64,000 bases of DNA from Chrysomallon squamiferum (Eukaryota; Animalia; Mollusca), in NCBI GenBank assembly GCA_012295275.1, contig CM022678.1:18972001-19036000 (forward strand), in the 5' to 3' direction. Both the position numbers and the translations under genes were made by a program. Shown here in pieces: positions 1 through 14,970 of the stretch (its first letter is position 1; each line of letters begins with the position of its first letter). The notes under the pieces are model-generated. The model was not told the DNA's origin. It worked only from the letters and a program-made list of their open reading frames with translations, and searched no databases.

Positions 1-740
1 TCCGAATATATGTATATGGCTTATTTTTCTATTTCCACGAAAAGTAGTCACGTGTGTTCTGACTTTGTGTAATCACGTTCGAGAAAATTAATAATTAAAT
101 TACGTAGAAAATAAATATATAAAATCAGCATTAAAATATTTATTTCATATCACATTTCTAAATACGTTCATTCATCCAGTATCTAGTTATACAAACCACA
201 TAAATTCGCTGACCGAACGGAAACCTTATATTTCTAATTGCTCTAAAATTACTAATGCGTTTTTTCACTTTGTTTAATTCGTTTTCAAAATAACTAAATT
301 TAGAGGAAAATACTGTTTAAGTTAGCATTAAAAAATATCTTATGAAGAAATTCGTGTTTTATTATTATTATTTTTGTTTGCTGCAAACCGTTTCACGCAG
401 TAAACTTGATATATATCGATGTGTTCGTTGATCCGAATATTTATAATATGTCTCAAATTTCACGAAGGTTATTCCTGTGTGCTTTGACTTTGTTTGATCA
501 CGTTCACAAAAAGTAATAGCCAAGTTACATAGAATATAAATATAAACTTCGCTTTAAATTTTTTATTTGATATCAAACTTGTAAATGTGTTTATTAATCC
601 AGTATCTAGTGTTAACAACCAGATACTTTCACTGAACGAACGTATATCTGATACTTGTATTGGCACGAAAATTACTGATTCTTTGTTTCAGTTTGTTTAA
701 TCATGTTTACTAAAGAACTAGGTTTAAAGTTAGAATTAAA
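1..740. repeat. Diverged tandem duplication (1-330 vs ~432-740) of a dispersed non-coding motif
   Basis: tccgaatat...cacgaa...gactttgt...atcacgttc...aatccagtatctagt appears twice; related copies lie near 42370, 43275, 43405, 49625 and 57275. Confidence 0.7.
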
Positions 741-816
741 ACATACATCTTATCCGCTATCGTTATTTAGTTTCACTTATCTGCAGATCAGCACCCTGCG
801 AAGATAAACACATACT

Positions 817-882
<66 letters not shown>

Positions 883-1843
883 CTATTCGAGATGGTTTAA
901 TGAAAACTATTCGCAGAGAGAGTCAAAAATACGATAAATAAGCAAAGTCTGCCCTGATTTCTACGATACGAAAAAAGTGTAGTCTTCTTTCCTGAATGAA
1001 GAACATAAATCTTAGTAACAATAATCTTATATGTGAATATGTGTGTATGTGTCTCTGTGTGAGAGCCTGTGTGTGTGTTTGACTGTTGTTTTAAGCTGTA
1101 TGTAAGCTTACAAAAAGAAAATGACACGTTGCTAGCTCCTGAATACTGCTCATATCTTTTTCAAAACAGTTTGACACGCTTTATATCCTTTGAAGTGAAG
1201 GAAAACGTGTTTCCATTGTCACCAAGCAACGACAGTAATACACTATGTAACGTGTCCCTTTACAGATAAAAGCAAATAGTTGGAGATTAGTATTAATTAA
1301 TATCGAAATGAAAAAGAAAATGAAAATATTAAATGATATAAAATAAAATAAAATAATATGTCTATATGGAAGTCACTTTTATGTGAAGGGTGAAATCGTT
1401 ATATTATAGTGTGTGTGTGTGTGTGCGTGTGTGTGTATGCTAGTTAATCTGTTTTCCGTATTGTTGTTGTTGTTGTTGTTGTTGTTGTTATTATTATTAT
1501 TATTTTTTTTTATTCTTATTATTATTCTTATTATTCTTATTATTATGATTATGATTATTATGATTATTATTATGATTATTTAATTAGGGAGTTGTGATCA
1601 ATCGAGAAATTAAAGTAATAAATAGCACGATATCAACTAATTCGTTAAATGTTTGACGAGTTTATTATTAATATTTACTTTTGTCTCTCTTTACATTTTA
1701 AAACAGACAAGGTCACTGGTCAAGGTCAATGTTATTTTACTGTAAGATAATTTTAACGAGACCCAGATACATTCCACTTTAAAACAATCTAAAACGGTTG
1801 TTGTTGTTGTTGTTGTTCTTCTTCTTCTTGTTCTTATTATTAA

Positions 1844-1900
<57 letters not shown>

Positions 1901-4900
1901 GATTTTACTGTGAGTAGTACATGCATAGAAACTTAGATAGACCGCACGTTAATCATGTTCATGGTTAAGTTGCAAACAGAGAATTTGAAACCATTGTAGT
2001 TACACTCAGTGTTAAAGAATAGAAAAATGTGATATGGGTAATGAAGATAATGTCTCTAATACTGCCTGGTTTTATCTGTGAAACAGTAGGTCGGATTTAA
2101 TGTTTAATGTCAAACTACACTTCATAATTATTGTTGTTGTTGTTGTTTTTGCTGCTATAATAATAATAATAATAATAAGAAGAAGAAGAAGAAGAAGAAT
2201 AAGAATAATAATAATAATAAGAAGAAGAAGAACAAAACGGTGAAAGAAAGAAAGATAGAAAAACAGAAGCAGGGACTAAGTATCAACTCTTTTAATGACT
2301 TATGTGCACTGACGCAAGATTTAATATTTTGATACATATTGTAAATTACATGCAGACATTTACCATTTATATCATTCTTAATTAATTTCCCCTAAAGTCC
2401 GATTCTCCACACTCAATCAAAAAGTTTTGCTCAAATATATGATCATATACTGTAAATTCATGGTCATTTGTATAATAATTCTTCCTAAATCCTAATGATT
2501 GAACGTCAGAGAGTATGTCATTAGTTTCACGATACAACTTTAGTCTATTATTTAACACAGCTGTAAAGAGTTTCCCGAGCCAAGTGAGTAATGTAATTGA
2601 TCTATAATTTACTGCATTATTTTTAAGATCACTTTGTTTTTCTTTTTTTTTCTTTTAAATTGGCTTCATTATACTAACAATGAGTAGAGGACGACACCCT
2701 TTTCAAACACAAAATATAAAAGTTGCACATATTCATGTATCATGCAATTAAAAGTTTGGTTGACATATTCATTAATTATATTCCATTAACCCAAAATTTT
2801 GTTGTCTTGATATTTGTAACAAATGTAAATATTTTACATTCGAAAGTACGGCTATTTAGTAAATTATTACTTTCTAAATCTGCGGTAAATTTTTGTTATG
2901 GAGTCTATCATAACTGATGTTTACGTAAGGAAAATATTGGTGCAGTGATTCTAAAGGAGGTAGATTGCAGTCCTAAAACGTTCGAATGCTTCATTTTGTT
3001 TTCCAGATTTGTCTTCTTAAAAAATGTAATATTACATTCTTGTACTGTTTCCTGGTATTTATAAGTCGTTGTTTGTTTTCTTATGTTTTCCTATTGTTAA
3101 AATGTTCTGGCTTCTGTGCATTTTTTTCTGAATGATCTGCATGCCAACCAAACCATGTCATTTTTACATGCTTAGCGGTGGATTTGCTTCGAGCTTATCG
3201 AAATGTGCTTACCGTGATGTTTAGGAATAAGTTACTGATCTTGTTCACCGTGGGGTTAAAAAATATTAAAAATTATTCACCTATCTAAATCAGAAATAAT
3301 AGTCGTGATAGTTTCTTTGTTTACATTATATTTGTCATCGACATTATTTTTCCATTTTCGGAATTTCAGTTCAGTTTCATCAGTGCCGTCTACTTGTTGT
3401 TTCGTTTTTAAACCTAAAAAAGGAAATTATAACTGGACTATCAGTATCTCAATAAAAAAGTTCAAAATCAACAACTTCAGAGTTTAAGTTTTAGTCTAAT
3501 ACATGCAGGAAGCGACGTAGTTTATACATGTATTTGGTCTACCAATATCCTGAATTTTTCTTTGAGAAATTCCGAAATTTAGCACGTTGTTTGGCTCGTT
3601 CATAAACTAAATAATTCGTCTAAAACTTCTATCATGTTATTTGTTTCAGTATCACACATTGTTTAATCAGGAGTATCTGAGTATTGGCGTTATATTCTGT
3701 AAACTGTCTATTAAATTTGTTTTACAGCATAACAAAAGTTAAAATTACTTCACCGTTTTGGTGATATATAACCAAGCATATGCCGCTTGATTTAACACGT
3801 GATTTTTCCACACACACACAGGCACACACACACACACACACAGAGACGCACATATATGTATATACTTCTGATATTTCCAGCTTTTTCACTTTCATCAAAT
3901 TTTATTTCTCCTAAACACAAAATATCATACTGATTAAAACAGTTTAAAACCTCTCGTGCATCTAAAAATCCAATATTTACAGTTAGAAGTGTTTACTCTT
4001 TGTAACCGAGATTGTTCAATACTCAGTCTCTTCGTTTTGACTGGCGCTAGTGTCGATCCTCGGACTGTCCTAGGCCATAGTGAGGAGTAAATGCGCGCAC
4101 GCGCTTTTGCATTTACAATTTGTGACTGTGCATGTTCGGTGCGATGTTTCTTTCTTATGAAAATATTTACATATTTAATTTGTTCTTCAAGAAATTTATC
4201 TGATGCATCTTCTGTATCCTCGTAGTCTGGTTCTAGAATCAGTTTGAAAGTTGTCTCAAATAGATCGTGTCTAAATATGTAAAACATTTTCATACAGATC
4301 TTCATATTAACGTAAGAATTTACGCATTGAAACTACTGCATTTTTCAACAACAAGAAACTCTTCAATCTGGTGACGAGTTAAAAATTATATTATTTATAT
4401 TTAAGAACTCGTTGAAAACAGTTAACAGTAGATGTTAATTTCTTAAATGCTTTGATACAGAGTCTAGCAGTCAGTGTCTATGACTAAACAAAAGCGGAGA
4501 AAAGAGGTGTGACACTTTTTAATATAACCGATAATAACACTTGCGTTTTACAAGAATTGCAGTGGTTAAACTCCTCTTGATAAAGTTAAAATAATAGATT
4601 AAATTTTTATTAAAATGTAGTTTGAGGTATGTATTTGAATTTAAGTTACATTAAATGATTGTTGTGTATACATGTTGTTTCTTTTCCTTCTAATGATGTT
4701 TATTTCATGTTTTTCATTCAAAGCACGATATTATTATCTATTATACATCGTTGTCGTAGTCGAATCCGCCGTCACCATTCTGTATCTTTTAGACTTCGTA
4801 CTGAAACAAGTTTTCAGAAATATGATATACTTAGAACATTCAGTGACGTCAGAGGGTAACAAGAACAAAACACTGCATTCAAATAAACGGGTGACCTAGA

Positions 4901-5003
4901 ACGAACTGCAGTTAGAAGTACATAGAGAAGTTGAAACATAAGGAATCTGCGAGTTAGTCTTGTGACATTTATTCACATTTATTCAATTGTAAAAGGAGAT
5001 AAA

Positions 5004-5057
<54 letters not shown>

Positions 5058-5361
5058 TAAATGAATAAATAAATAATAAAATAGATAAATAAATAAAATA
5101 AGGTGAAGTCGGATGAAACATTTTAAAATAAAACTGTTTATGATAGTTAAAATAACGTATTCAAGAGTACATCAAAATCTCTTCGTTTTATAATTCTACG
5201 AAGCGATATTACATAAAATAGTTTATGCTTCTGACATTGTCACAAGGTAACCAGAGAAATACTGTTTTGAAATAATCATATGACCTGGAACGAACTGCAC
5301 TCAGAAGTATATAGACAAGATTAAACTTGACATATCTGCTTGTTGGTCCAGAGTTTTACTA

Positions 5362-5957
5362 TGTATGTATGTATGTATGTATGTATGTATGTATGTATGT
5401 ATGTATGTGCCGGTGTATATATACATACATATATAATATATTTATCTAACTGAATGAATATCTGTGTATGTATTTGTCTGTCCGTTTGTGTTAGTGTGTC
5501 TGTCTGTGTGTTTGAGTGTTCGTTGATGTATGTGGATGTGATGAGCGTTTGTGTGCGTGTGTGTTTGTGTGTGTATTTGTATGTGCATGCTTTTGTGTGT
5601 TTGTATCTGTGTGTGTCTGTGATTCTGTCTGTCTCTGTTTGTGTGCGTCAGTGTGTGTATGTGTCTGTCTGTCTGTTTGCCAGTGTGTCTGTGTGTTTAT
5701 ATCTGTGTGTGTGCGTTTGTATGTTTCTGTGTGTCTGTGTCTATATGTGTTTGGGAGTTTGTGTGCGTGTTTGCATGTGTGTTTGTGTGTATCTGTGTGT
5801 ATGTCCTTGTTTGTGCATGTTTTTGTATGTGTGTTTGTTTTTCTATGTGTTTGAGTGTATATGTCTTTGTGTATGCATATAACTGTCTGTGTGTGTGTGT
5901 GTGTGGGGGGGGTGTCGTGGAAACCAGATTCCTCGACACACACACACACACACACAC
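5362..5957. repeat. (TATG)n and degenerate (TG)-rich low-complexity tract
   Basis: Directly visible; explains the overlapping Cys/Val and His/Thr ORFs. Confidence 0.9.
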
Positions 5958-7367
5958 TCGGATGTGGGGAAATCTGGGCTAAATGATGAACAAAATCACA
6001 ATATTTCAACTTTCTGCTATTTCCAACTTAACACCTTACCTCTAAATACTATTAAATTATTGCGAGGCTACTGTACAATGACAGTAACCCTGTTGATTTT
6101 AGGGTTAATATTTGCATTCACGATTTCTACCACATTTGCGTTTTGCCCAGAGTCAATGAAATAAAGGTTAAACAGAACACACACACACGCACACACACAC
6201 ACCTCTCTATTTATGTAAGTAAATCACTTAGATATTTGTGCTACCCGGAATATTAATAATTCTAAGAAGCGATATTATATAAAAAATTAGAGCAATCAGT
6301 CTGATTACGTGATGACGTCACGACTTCAGCTGAGAAGTGCTACAGTTGTCAAATGTTTTGTAACTGTTCCTCTCAAACTTTGTTTTGTGTAACGAAAAGT
6401 CGCTCTAAAGAAAGAAATAATAATTTGGAAGTATAAGGAATTTTACTAGACAATATCTGTTCTTATTGAAACAGACAAGTTCACTTTAAAGTGGAAGAGA
6501 CACAATTGTGTATACTGGTAAAACACAAAAAGTAAATGTATTATGATATTCAGTGTTAAAATTAAATAAATTTAATCTGAACTGGCACATAATTTAACTG
6601 AAGAATAAATAAATAAAGAAATAATGAAAGAAATAATGAATTGTTCAACGTTTAATTGGATGAAATATTATAAAATAAAATCATGTTTACGAGTTAGTAT
6701 ACTCAAGAGTACTGAATGAAGGTTAAACGTTTTGTGATTTAGAAATAAAATTAAATAATTAAATAAACAATGTCTGCCCTGATTTCTCTGACACGAAAAC
6801 AGAGTGGTCTTACAACATAAATCTTAATAATAATAATATTTAAGTGTGTGCAATTTTAAGTTATATTTTAGGTTACTATAAGAAAATTATATATTAGTCC
6901 TGAATGCTGCTCATATCTTTTTGTGCAAGTATACAAACCAGTTTGACAAATGTTATACTTACAACTTATGTAAAACGTGTTTACACTATCACCAAGCAAC
7001 CAGACTAACACACTACGTGCAAACCAGTCACGTGTCGTCTTACAAAAACCTGACGTGTCTGAGCGGACTATTCATAGAGCGAGCAGAAGGTGTAGAATTC
7101 CTGACAATTCGTTAGTTGAAAAGATTCCAATGTTATTTCGATTTCTACTACAGGTAGGCAAACCTTTTACTACACTGTTGATTGTTTGTTTATTCATACT
7201 ATAAAATGATTTTATTTTATTTTATTTTATTTCATTTATTTATGTTTTGTTTAATTTGCGGCGAACCCGGACTGTAACATAAGAGACTCTGCTCATGTTT
7301 GCGGTTTCATTTTAAAATAATACTCAGATCAACAATTATGAACTTATAAAACCGCATTATAAGTAAG

Positions 7368-7402
<35 letters not shown>

Positions 7403-7497
7403 GGATTTATTTATTATATTATCTTTTATATTATGTTTTTAATTGAATAATAAAAAGTCGAAATATATCTTTGTATAAACACAAATATAAGTATTAC

Positions 7498-7568
<71 letters not shown>

Positions 7569-8283
7569 AATAAATAAGTAAATAAGCAGCATCTACGTAT
7601 ATGTTGTTCAGTTATAAAGCAGCCGAAAGAGGAATGAATATCTTCGGAACATCTGCTTATATATACATAAAATAAAAATAAAAATAACAGGTTTCGTCAA
7701 ATGTTAATGCTGATGGAAATTAGTCTATTTAGGAAATTACAAAACGTGTTGAATAATTATGATTAACCAAAGAAAATAGTTTCAATATAACATAGTTTTG
7801 TGATATGAACTTTATTACTTACGTTTTCGTTTTTTTTCTTTGTTTCTTTGTCTGTTAGTGTTTTTCCCTTTCTTTTTCTTTTTTTCTTTTCTTTTCTTGT
7901 TTTCTTTCTTTCTTTCTTTCTCTTTTATACTTTTTTTTTTTTTTTGATCTGTTAATTTGGAATTTATTTTTTTCACAAGGTCATGAAACATTCGCACTGT
8001 TAAATATTTCGACTTCATTAAATGAAAATTTAATTATTTATTAAATTCCATCTCGACGATAAATCAAATCGACAGATAAATACTACGATACAAATAAGTG
8101 TGTAAATGTTTGACAATGTTTTTATTATTAAAACTTAATGACAAAATCAACGAGGTCTCCATTACTTTTCGGTGAGATCATTGTCACGTGACCTAAACAT
8201 TTGAAATACTTAATGTGAGTTTTGTCACGTAGACACGAGTAAGCAAAGAAAAAACTATTTCTTTTCAAGTGATTATTATTTTT

Positions 8284-8339
<56 letters not shown>

Positions 8340-8698
8340 AATTTAAATAAATTAATGATTCAATGAAGAGTTTTGAAACTGGAAATGTTTTTGTCTTTGA
8401 AATAATTAGTTTATTATAATTATGTGTTTATTTTATGTGATATTGAAATACTTTTAAATGACATCGCACAGAAAAATGTTATGAGTATGTCAGTAATTAT
8501 AATGAATATATATTTTCTGCACTTCTGTAAAACATTCATCTTCTTCTTCTTCTTCTTATTGTTGTTGTTGTGTTATTATATTATAATAAACTGAATTATG
8601 TGATACTGGTACACATATTTTAACGTTTTCAGTTTCGGTCAATTCAACAGTCAAAAAATCAAGAAGAATTGCGCTGCTAACAACAACAGCAAACAGCA

Positions 8699-8742
<44 letters not shown>

Positions 8743-8826
8743 GCAAAAGATAGACGAACATATTGCTTGTGTTCAGAATGTGTAATAATTTTTTTATTAT
8801 TCATTTATTTTCCTATTTATTCATTA

Positions 8827-8875
<49 letters not shown>

Positions 8876-8927
8876 ACAAATACTAATTATAATACTCAGA
8901 AAGCATTTAAATAATTTCCCCCCCCCC

Positions 8928-9789
8928 CAGTGTCTGTATTTTGAAATTTATCACCAGGAGTGAGCCCTCGGACACATGCATACATTTTTTTTATTTGTCA
9001 CCCGCACCCCAGTAATAATGTAGGCCTGAATCAGTTGAAAATTGCCCTTTCCCCAGCTCGGCACAGATACATTTTTGTTCAAAGGAGCATGCAATGTTCG
9101 CCACACTAAACAGTAATATTTTCCGCTTCCAGTGCACTTTTTGTTTTTGTTCAGATTCAAGTCTGTGTTTCTTAATTTTTTTACGAAGAATTATGCACTT
9201 TCACGTGACAAGCCTCTGTACCTGTTGAAAATACACATGGTTTCGTTCCTGACTTCCAGCATTAAAAAAAGGGCTAAAATTAATCTCACATGAGAGAGCG
9301 TAGACTTCACTTCAAAATGAAATTTTCCTCTCATAAATTTTCCTTTCTACAAAAAAATTCCCGATCATGGATAATTCCCGAAAGGAACAATTTCTATGCT
9401 TTCTAAAAAACACGGAAATTATTCTGGCAATATCACGTGGAAAATATGTCATTCGTTGGTCAGAAATGAACTTGGACATGGAAGAATGTCCTCACTAAGC
9501 AAGCGGATGGGAATAGATTGTTAAGGAACGTATAAGAGTCATAATGGAATGAAGCGTTGCCTGAAGTTTTTTATTTCTCTTTTATTATTATTGTTATTTT
9601 GTTTATCTCCTCTTGTTAAAAAATCCTAACGGTTTTTGTTCGAGGAATTTGATATTATCAGTTTCAGGTGAGGTAATTTGTGATCGGTGTGTTGATAATT
9701 TTAATCAGTTTTAGTTTGACTTGAACATTAGTTTGTTTTGGGTGTATATGTCAGTTGATTCTACTAAGTAATTGCATACATTTTCATCA

Positions 9790-9828
<39 letters not shown>

Positions 9829-9902
9829 CAACAAAAATTCAAAGAAAAAAGAGAAAAAAAATCAGGGAGCTAGTAGGTCCTGCTCCCGAAGTAAATACAC
9901 TG
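8928..9902. mobile_element. Possible decayed non-autonomous DNA transposon
   Basis: Left end cagtgtctgtattt and right end aaatacactg are imperfectly inverted, with GC-richer subterminal blocks; no target duplication seen. Confidence 0.3.
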
Positions 9903-10013
9903 TACCCGAAATAAGCGGATGCTTAGAACAACCTGCCCCATTATCACGAATAATTTGGGTCTTAGTAAAGTGAATTATTGTTATTTATAGATAATTGTAA
10001 TTTGACGAAAGGA

Positions 10014-10016
<3 letters not shown>

Positions 10017-10074
<58 letters not shown>

Positions 10075-10076
10075 AA
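10017..10076. repeat. (GAAA)n microsatellite
   Basis: Directly visible. Confidence 0.95.
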
Positions 10077-10984
10077 ATAAATAAATATTAATATGAAAGC
10101 TTTCAAGATAAAATGTGTAAGTTAACCTTTTTGTTTGCTTTCAGTGTCGTGTTCAGTATGGCAATAATTAATGTTAAGCCTCATGTTAGCTGCGAAATAT
10201 AAATGAATACATAAATAAATAAGTAAGGAAAGAAAGAAAGAAATAAAGAAGGAAGGAAAGAATTAGACACAACTTAAATTACTTAGTCATTTATAGATTA
10301 GATGACAAAAATATTAAATTAGTGTTTGTTTGTTTGTCTACTTTCAAACTTAAGCATAAGAGATCAGTCACGTGATTCTTATCCATGATATAGGTAGAAA
10401 ATTACAAGAGTACATCAAAAAAGAATTCCAAACAGAATGAAATCAAATAATTAAAAAATAAATAAATAAAAATGAAAAAATAAATAAATAAAAATAAAAA
10501 TAATAAATAAATAAATTAAAAAGTATAACTAATTAACTAACTAACTAAATAAATAAATAAATAAATAAATAACTAAATAATGAAACGTGAAATGTAGAGT
10601 TGGATGAAATGTTATAAAATAAAATTGTCGGTTAGTGTATTTTACCAGCAACGTATTCGAGATGTCTAAGCGGATGATTTACATAGCGTGGAGATTATAT
10701 TGAAGATAATATTATTCACACTGCCGGGTTTTTTCTGAAACAGTAGGTGAGATTTCAAAGTGTGATTTCACCCTTATTATTATTATTATTTTTATTAATA
10801 CTATTGTTATTACTATCATTATTAAAAATTGTTACTGTGTACTGCCCAGCCAAGTTGATTACAATCTCACATCGCTGATATTTTTCTATGATTCCATGCT
10901 TTAATTCAGTGGACGTCAACCGCTTTTTTTTTTACTGAAACATTTAGAACATCATCAACCATAACTACTGTGCGAATAAAGAGA

Positions 10985-12265
10985 CAAGGTTCGTACGTGT
11001 TTTCGAAAGCCTTGGAAAGTTTTGGTAATTCCTCATTGTGTTTTCCAAGACATTAAAGTTTAGGAAAATCACGTTTTGTTACCTTGGCTATGGTAAAGTT
11101 ATGGAAAATTATGTCCTTGCCGTAAATAAAATGTAAGAGAAACTGGTTTGTTACACCGATATTTAGCCCAGACCCAGAGCCACGTTTTCGCCAGTATAAT
11201 GAAATGCCGTTATAGCCTGGCCAACGAAAATGGTTCCGTTTTAGCCAGATCCGGAAAGAATAACTCAGGCTATCTGCGCTTGCGCCGGAGATGCGTTTTG
11301 CTAAAAACAGCTGTATTTCGTTTTCGGTATTCCAGTTTTTAAAATCTGTTTAATTATCAATAGTAGGTGATACTTGTTACATACTTCTATCAGACTGGCA
11401 GAGTATTTTTGTTGTGATAGCGCTAAGTAGTCAGTGTAATTGATTACAACACTGATACGTGTATATCGCTGCATTGTCGTACTTCTGGTATAGCGACAAT
11501 CAGCTGTTCCAACCAGCTCAGGTTTCTAAACGCAGTGACACATGCTACTTACAGAAGTGGTTTATACATAATTTGAAACTGAAATTCATGTATAAAGCGC
11601 ACCGTTATATAAACCGCTCTCTCCGATATTTTTCATTTTAGGTTTAGAGTTTAGAGCATTGAATAGATGGGGAAATGTCTTAATGTACTCAGTGCGTTGA
11701 TATTATTGGGAATAAAAATCTCAGCCTGGTGGTCAGAGCAACAAGAAATGTGCGGATATCTGCAGCCAATCATGATCCCTCGTTGGCGGCTGCCTGGACA
11801 ACTGGCAACAAAGACATGTGACCATGTATTGTACGTCTACGTTGTGTTTAAGCCCAGAGTAAAACAAAAGTGAGATAATTTACCTTATCCTAGACTTTTT
11901 AATGAAATCAGTAGAAAATCGCATGAAATTATTATTTTTATTTATTTGTGAGTGTGTGTGTGTGTGGGTATGTGTGTGTGTGTCTGTCCGTGTGTGTGTC
12001 CTGTTATAGTATACGGATTTTTTATTTTGTTACTCAGATCATAAATTGTGAAATAATAAAACTGAAAGAAGTCCAACTGATAATTCAGATCACAAACCCA
12101 TAAGGAGTAGGATTTATGGCATTTTAAAGGTATGAGTTATTACTTGAATTCGAAGAAAGGAACACGACAACTTTCGGAAATGATTTTGGAAATTTGGATT
12201 TGGGGTCTGTGGAAAGTTTTGAAAAAGTTATGGAAATTTTGACAGACGAAGGTATACGAACCCCG
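10985..12265. mobile_element. Non-autonomous hAT-like DNA element (~1.28 kb)
   Basis: Imperfect terminal inverted repeats caaggttcgtac (10985-10996) and atacgaaccccg (12254-12265); subterminal ggaaagtttt/aaagttatggaaa motifs at both ends; flanks taaagaga and aagagaga match at 6 of 8 positions, like a decayed 8-bp target duplication. Confidence 0.62.
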
Positions 12266-12379
12266 AAGAGAGAAACATAATTTTTGTAGGCTTTATTTTT
12301 TTTAAACTATCTATAATACGGGGAGAGGGGAGATAGTTATTGTTCCAAGATTAAATTTTGTTTACCAGTATATATATAT

Positions 12380-12775
12380 ATAGGCACGCTGATATGTTAC
12401 TACATGTTGTTTACCTAATCGGAAGTTTTCATCTGTTAACCACAATTTCCGGTCCTGATCGCAATCCGATTTATATTTTACGTGACTGAAACGGAATCAT
12501 GTAATTTAAAATGCCGGCATGTTGTTAAGTGATGTATCTGAATGTAAAAAAAAAAAAACTCTTAAGAAACTGTTAATGTACATTCTTTTTTATTCGGATT
12601 AAAGATATAGTTCCTTGGATTTTTTACATTCTTCTTCTCCTTTATGTGCGATAAGTTTTCTTTGTTTTTGGTAATGGGAATTAGTCTAATAAAAAATGGC
12701 GCGGGCAGTGATAAACAAACTGCATTGTAACCTTTTGCGATTCAATACCAGTTTATTAAATGAAATTCTCGTAAG
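12380..12775 (+). promoter_or_regulatory. Possible promoter/first exon of the STAND-ankyrin gene
   Basis: Locally CpG-richer, with ETS-like cggaag/ttccgg, YY1-like aaaatggcg and a possible gtaagg donor at 12771. Weak motif evidence only. Confidence 0.22.
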
Positions 12776-13674
12776 GTTTAAGAGATTAAATTTAAAAATA
12801 ATTTCGCTGTAGAAACCTTCCATCCTACATCTCTGATTATCAATTTATGATCAGTCTCTGAAACTATGGTCTATCTATGAATTACGATTCAGCAGTCAGT
12901 ATTTTAATAAAAAGTAAATTTCATGTAAATAATAAAACCACGTTAAAATTTATTTATTGTGTTTTCTGATGTTTTGAAATAAATAGTGTCCGTTACATAA
13001 TTATATGGATATATATAATATAGATATCCATGCATACATGTAGACGTGTACACATATGTATGTAAGTAAACTTAATGTTTTTAATCTTGTATCAATGGAG
13101 GCTAAGACTGTATGAAAAGGTTTACCAGAATGTTTGTTTTGTCTGTTAAATTTATCAGACATGTAGGATATAACGTTGCAGACACATTAACCTTTTCAAA
13201 TAATATTTGGCTTTCTTCTCCAGACATTTATGTGCTGTTAGAAAGAATTCATCCTGTTCTTTCTTACAAACAGACAGCAATACCATTGGTTGGCTTAATC
13301 TGTTGTTGTAAAAGTGAAGAAGATAATTAACTAATTACTAAAGAAAATGCTTTGCTCATTAAATTATTATTCTAGAGTTATTTCACTTATAAGTTTTGTT
13401 TCTGTATGTCCTTGTTCCTTCTCTCTGTATTCTATAAGTACTTGAATGGTACTTTGAATATAGACGCATGTATCCAATGTCTATTCAAGTCTGACATAAA
13501 TAGGTTTTATACCAGTCATTTTAGTTGAACCACAGCAGTAAACTTAATTAGTGAAATAGAATGATCTTATAAATTGTGACTGTTCATATATATATATATA
13601 TATTTTAAGGTTATAATGAATCTCTCTCTCCACACATATACAACACATACGCACACACACAGACACGTACAGAT

Positions 13675-13681
<7 letters not shown>

Positions 13682-13763
<82 letters not shown>
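13682..13763. repeat. (CA)n(TA)n microsatellite
   Basis: Directly visible. Confidence 0.95.
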
Positions 13764-14889
13764 GGGAATAACTGGTTACTGATAAAATATGTCTATTAAG
13801 ACAGTAATCAGTTATTTCTTTTTATGTGCAATCCTAAATAAAACAAAAATTGGATTTTGTTGTCTTAAAAACCAAAACAAGGTAGTTTTTAAATAACTTG
13901 TATTTCTTCTTATTACTTTTTCGAATGAAAATGTTTTGAAAATGGTATTTTAAGACCTAAACCAGGAGTTAACTACTAAAGAAGTAACTGTGAACACCAT
14001 GAATGCCTGTGAATGTGTGTCTGTAAATACTTAATTTGTCAAAGTAAACACATAATCATGATGAACTGCTATAATTTTAGTCAGTACTTAAAAATACATT
14101 TATGTAGTCATCATATCTTGCCTCTGTTTACTTAGTTAAAGCTCTTTGTAATGCTGACATTGGTGTTCAGCTAATGTTATTGTTATAATAGGTTGAGTCA
14201 TAAAACAAGTTTACTGAGATAATTAATTACTACAAACCTCTATACTAACCCAAAATACCATAGTTCATGCCTGCTCATTAGTCCTACTGACTAGTAAAAC
14301 TATACTCAGTTATAAAAACGTATTTTTTTTTAAATCTTTCATAATCAATTATTAACAAATGAATTAATAATAACATCAATAATTATAATAACAATAATAG
14401 TTTTAGTTTCACACACATGCATTGTCTCAGACAAATTGTAATCCCACATATATGTACATACAATAGATGACTGTTTTAAAACACTACACACAAGAACATT
14501 GCCTTTCTGTATAGTTATTTTGATTTTCTCACTCAACTTCATTTCATTTTCTTGGTATCTAGTAATTTTGATATTCTTCATATCTAAGTATTTGGATTTC
14601 CTCAGTTAAGAGGAGCTTCTGCAAAAAAAACCCAAAATAACTGATGTAGTAACTGTTTAACACATTTTTTATTAACTGAAATTCTGTGTAGTAAAACGCA
14701 AAATAATTCATCCGTGAAACTAAACGTACCAACAATTTTGTTATGCAAAGACTTCCAATACTGTTTTAGAAAAGAAAATGTTTATGGTATACTTTATGTA
14801 TTTTATTTTATTTTCTAAGTGAAAATTGAATCATGTATTAACAGTACATAAAATTTAAAAACCTCTGTTTTCTTTTGTTCTGTTGACAG

Positions 14890-14970
14890 GACTGAACAAT
14901 TGCATGGTCACTGACAGACAACTGGTTTAACATACAACAGCTAAAATCTAAATATGGGTTAAACAGAGTT
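14890..14970 (+). other. Putative 5' UTR exon of the STAND-ankyrin gene (copy 1 of a duplicated exon)
   Basis: Pyrimidine tract ending ttgacag, donor gtaagtaagt; similar to 15619-15698 (gacagacaactggtttaacatac...atgggttaaac). Confidence 0.45.

Noticed and set aside
3934-4305. 123-aa minus-strand ORF
   Set aside because: No recognisable motif or splice support; probably chance or repeat-derived.
5454-6009. Overlapping Cys/Val- and His/Thr-rich ORFs
   Set aside because: Translations of (TG)-rich low-complexity DNA.
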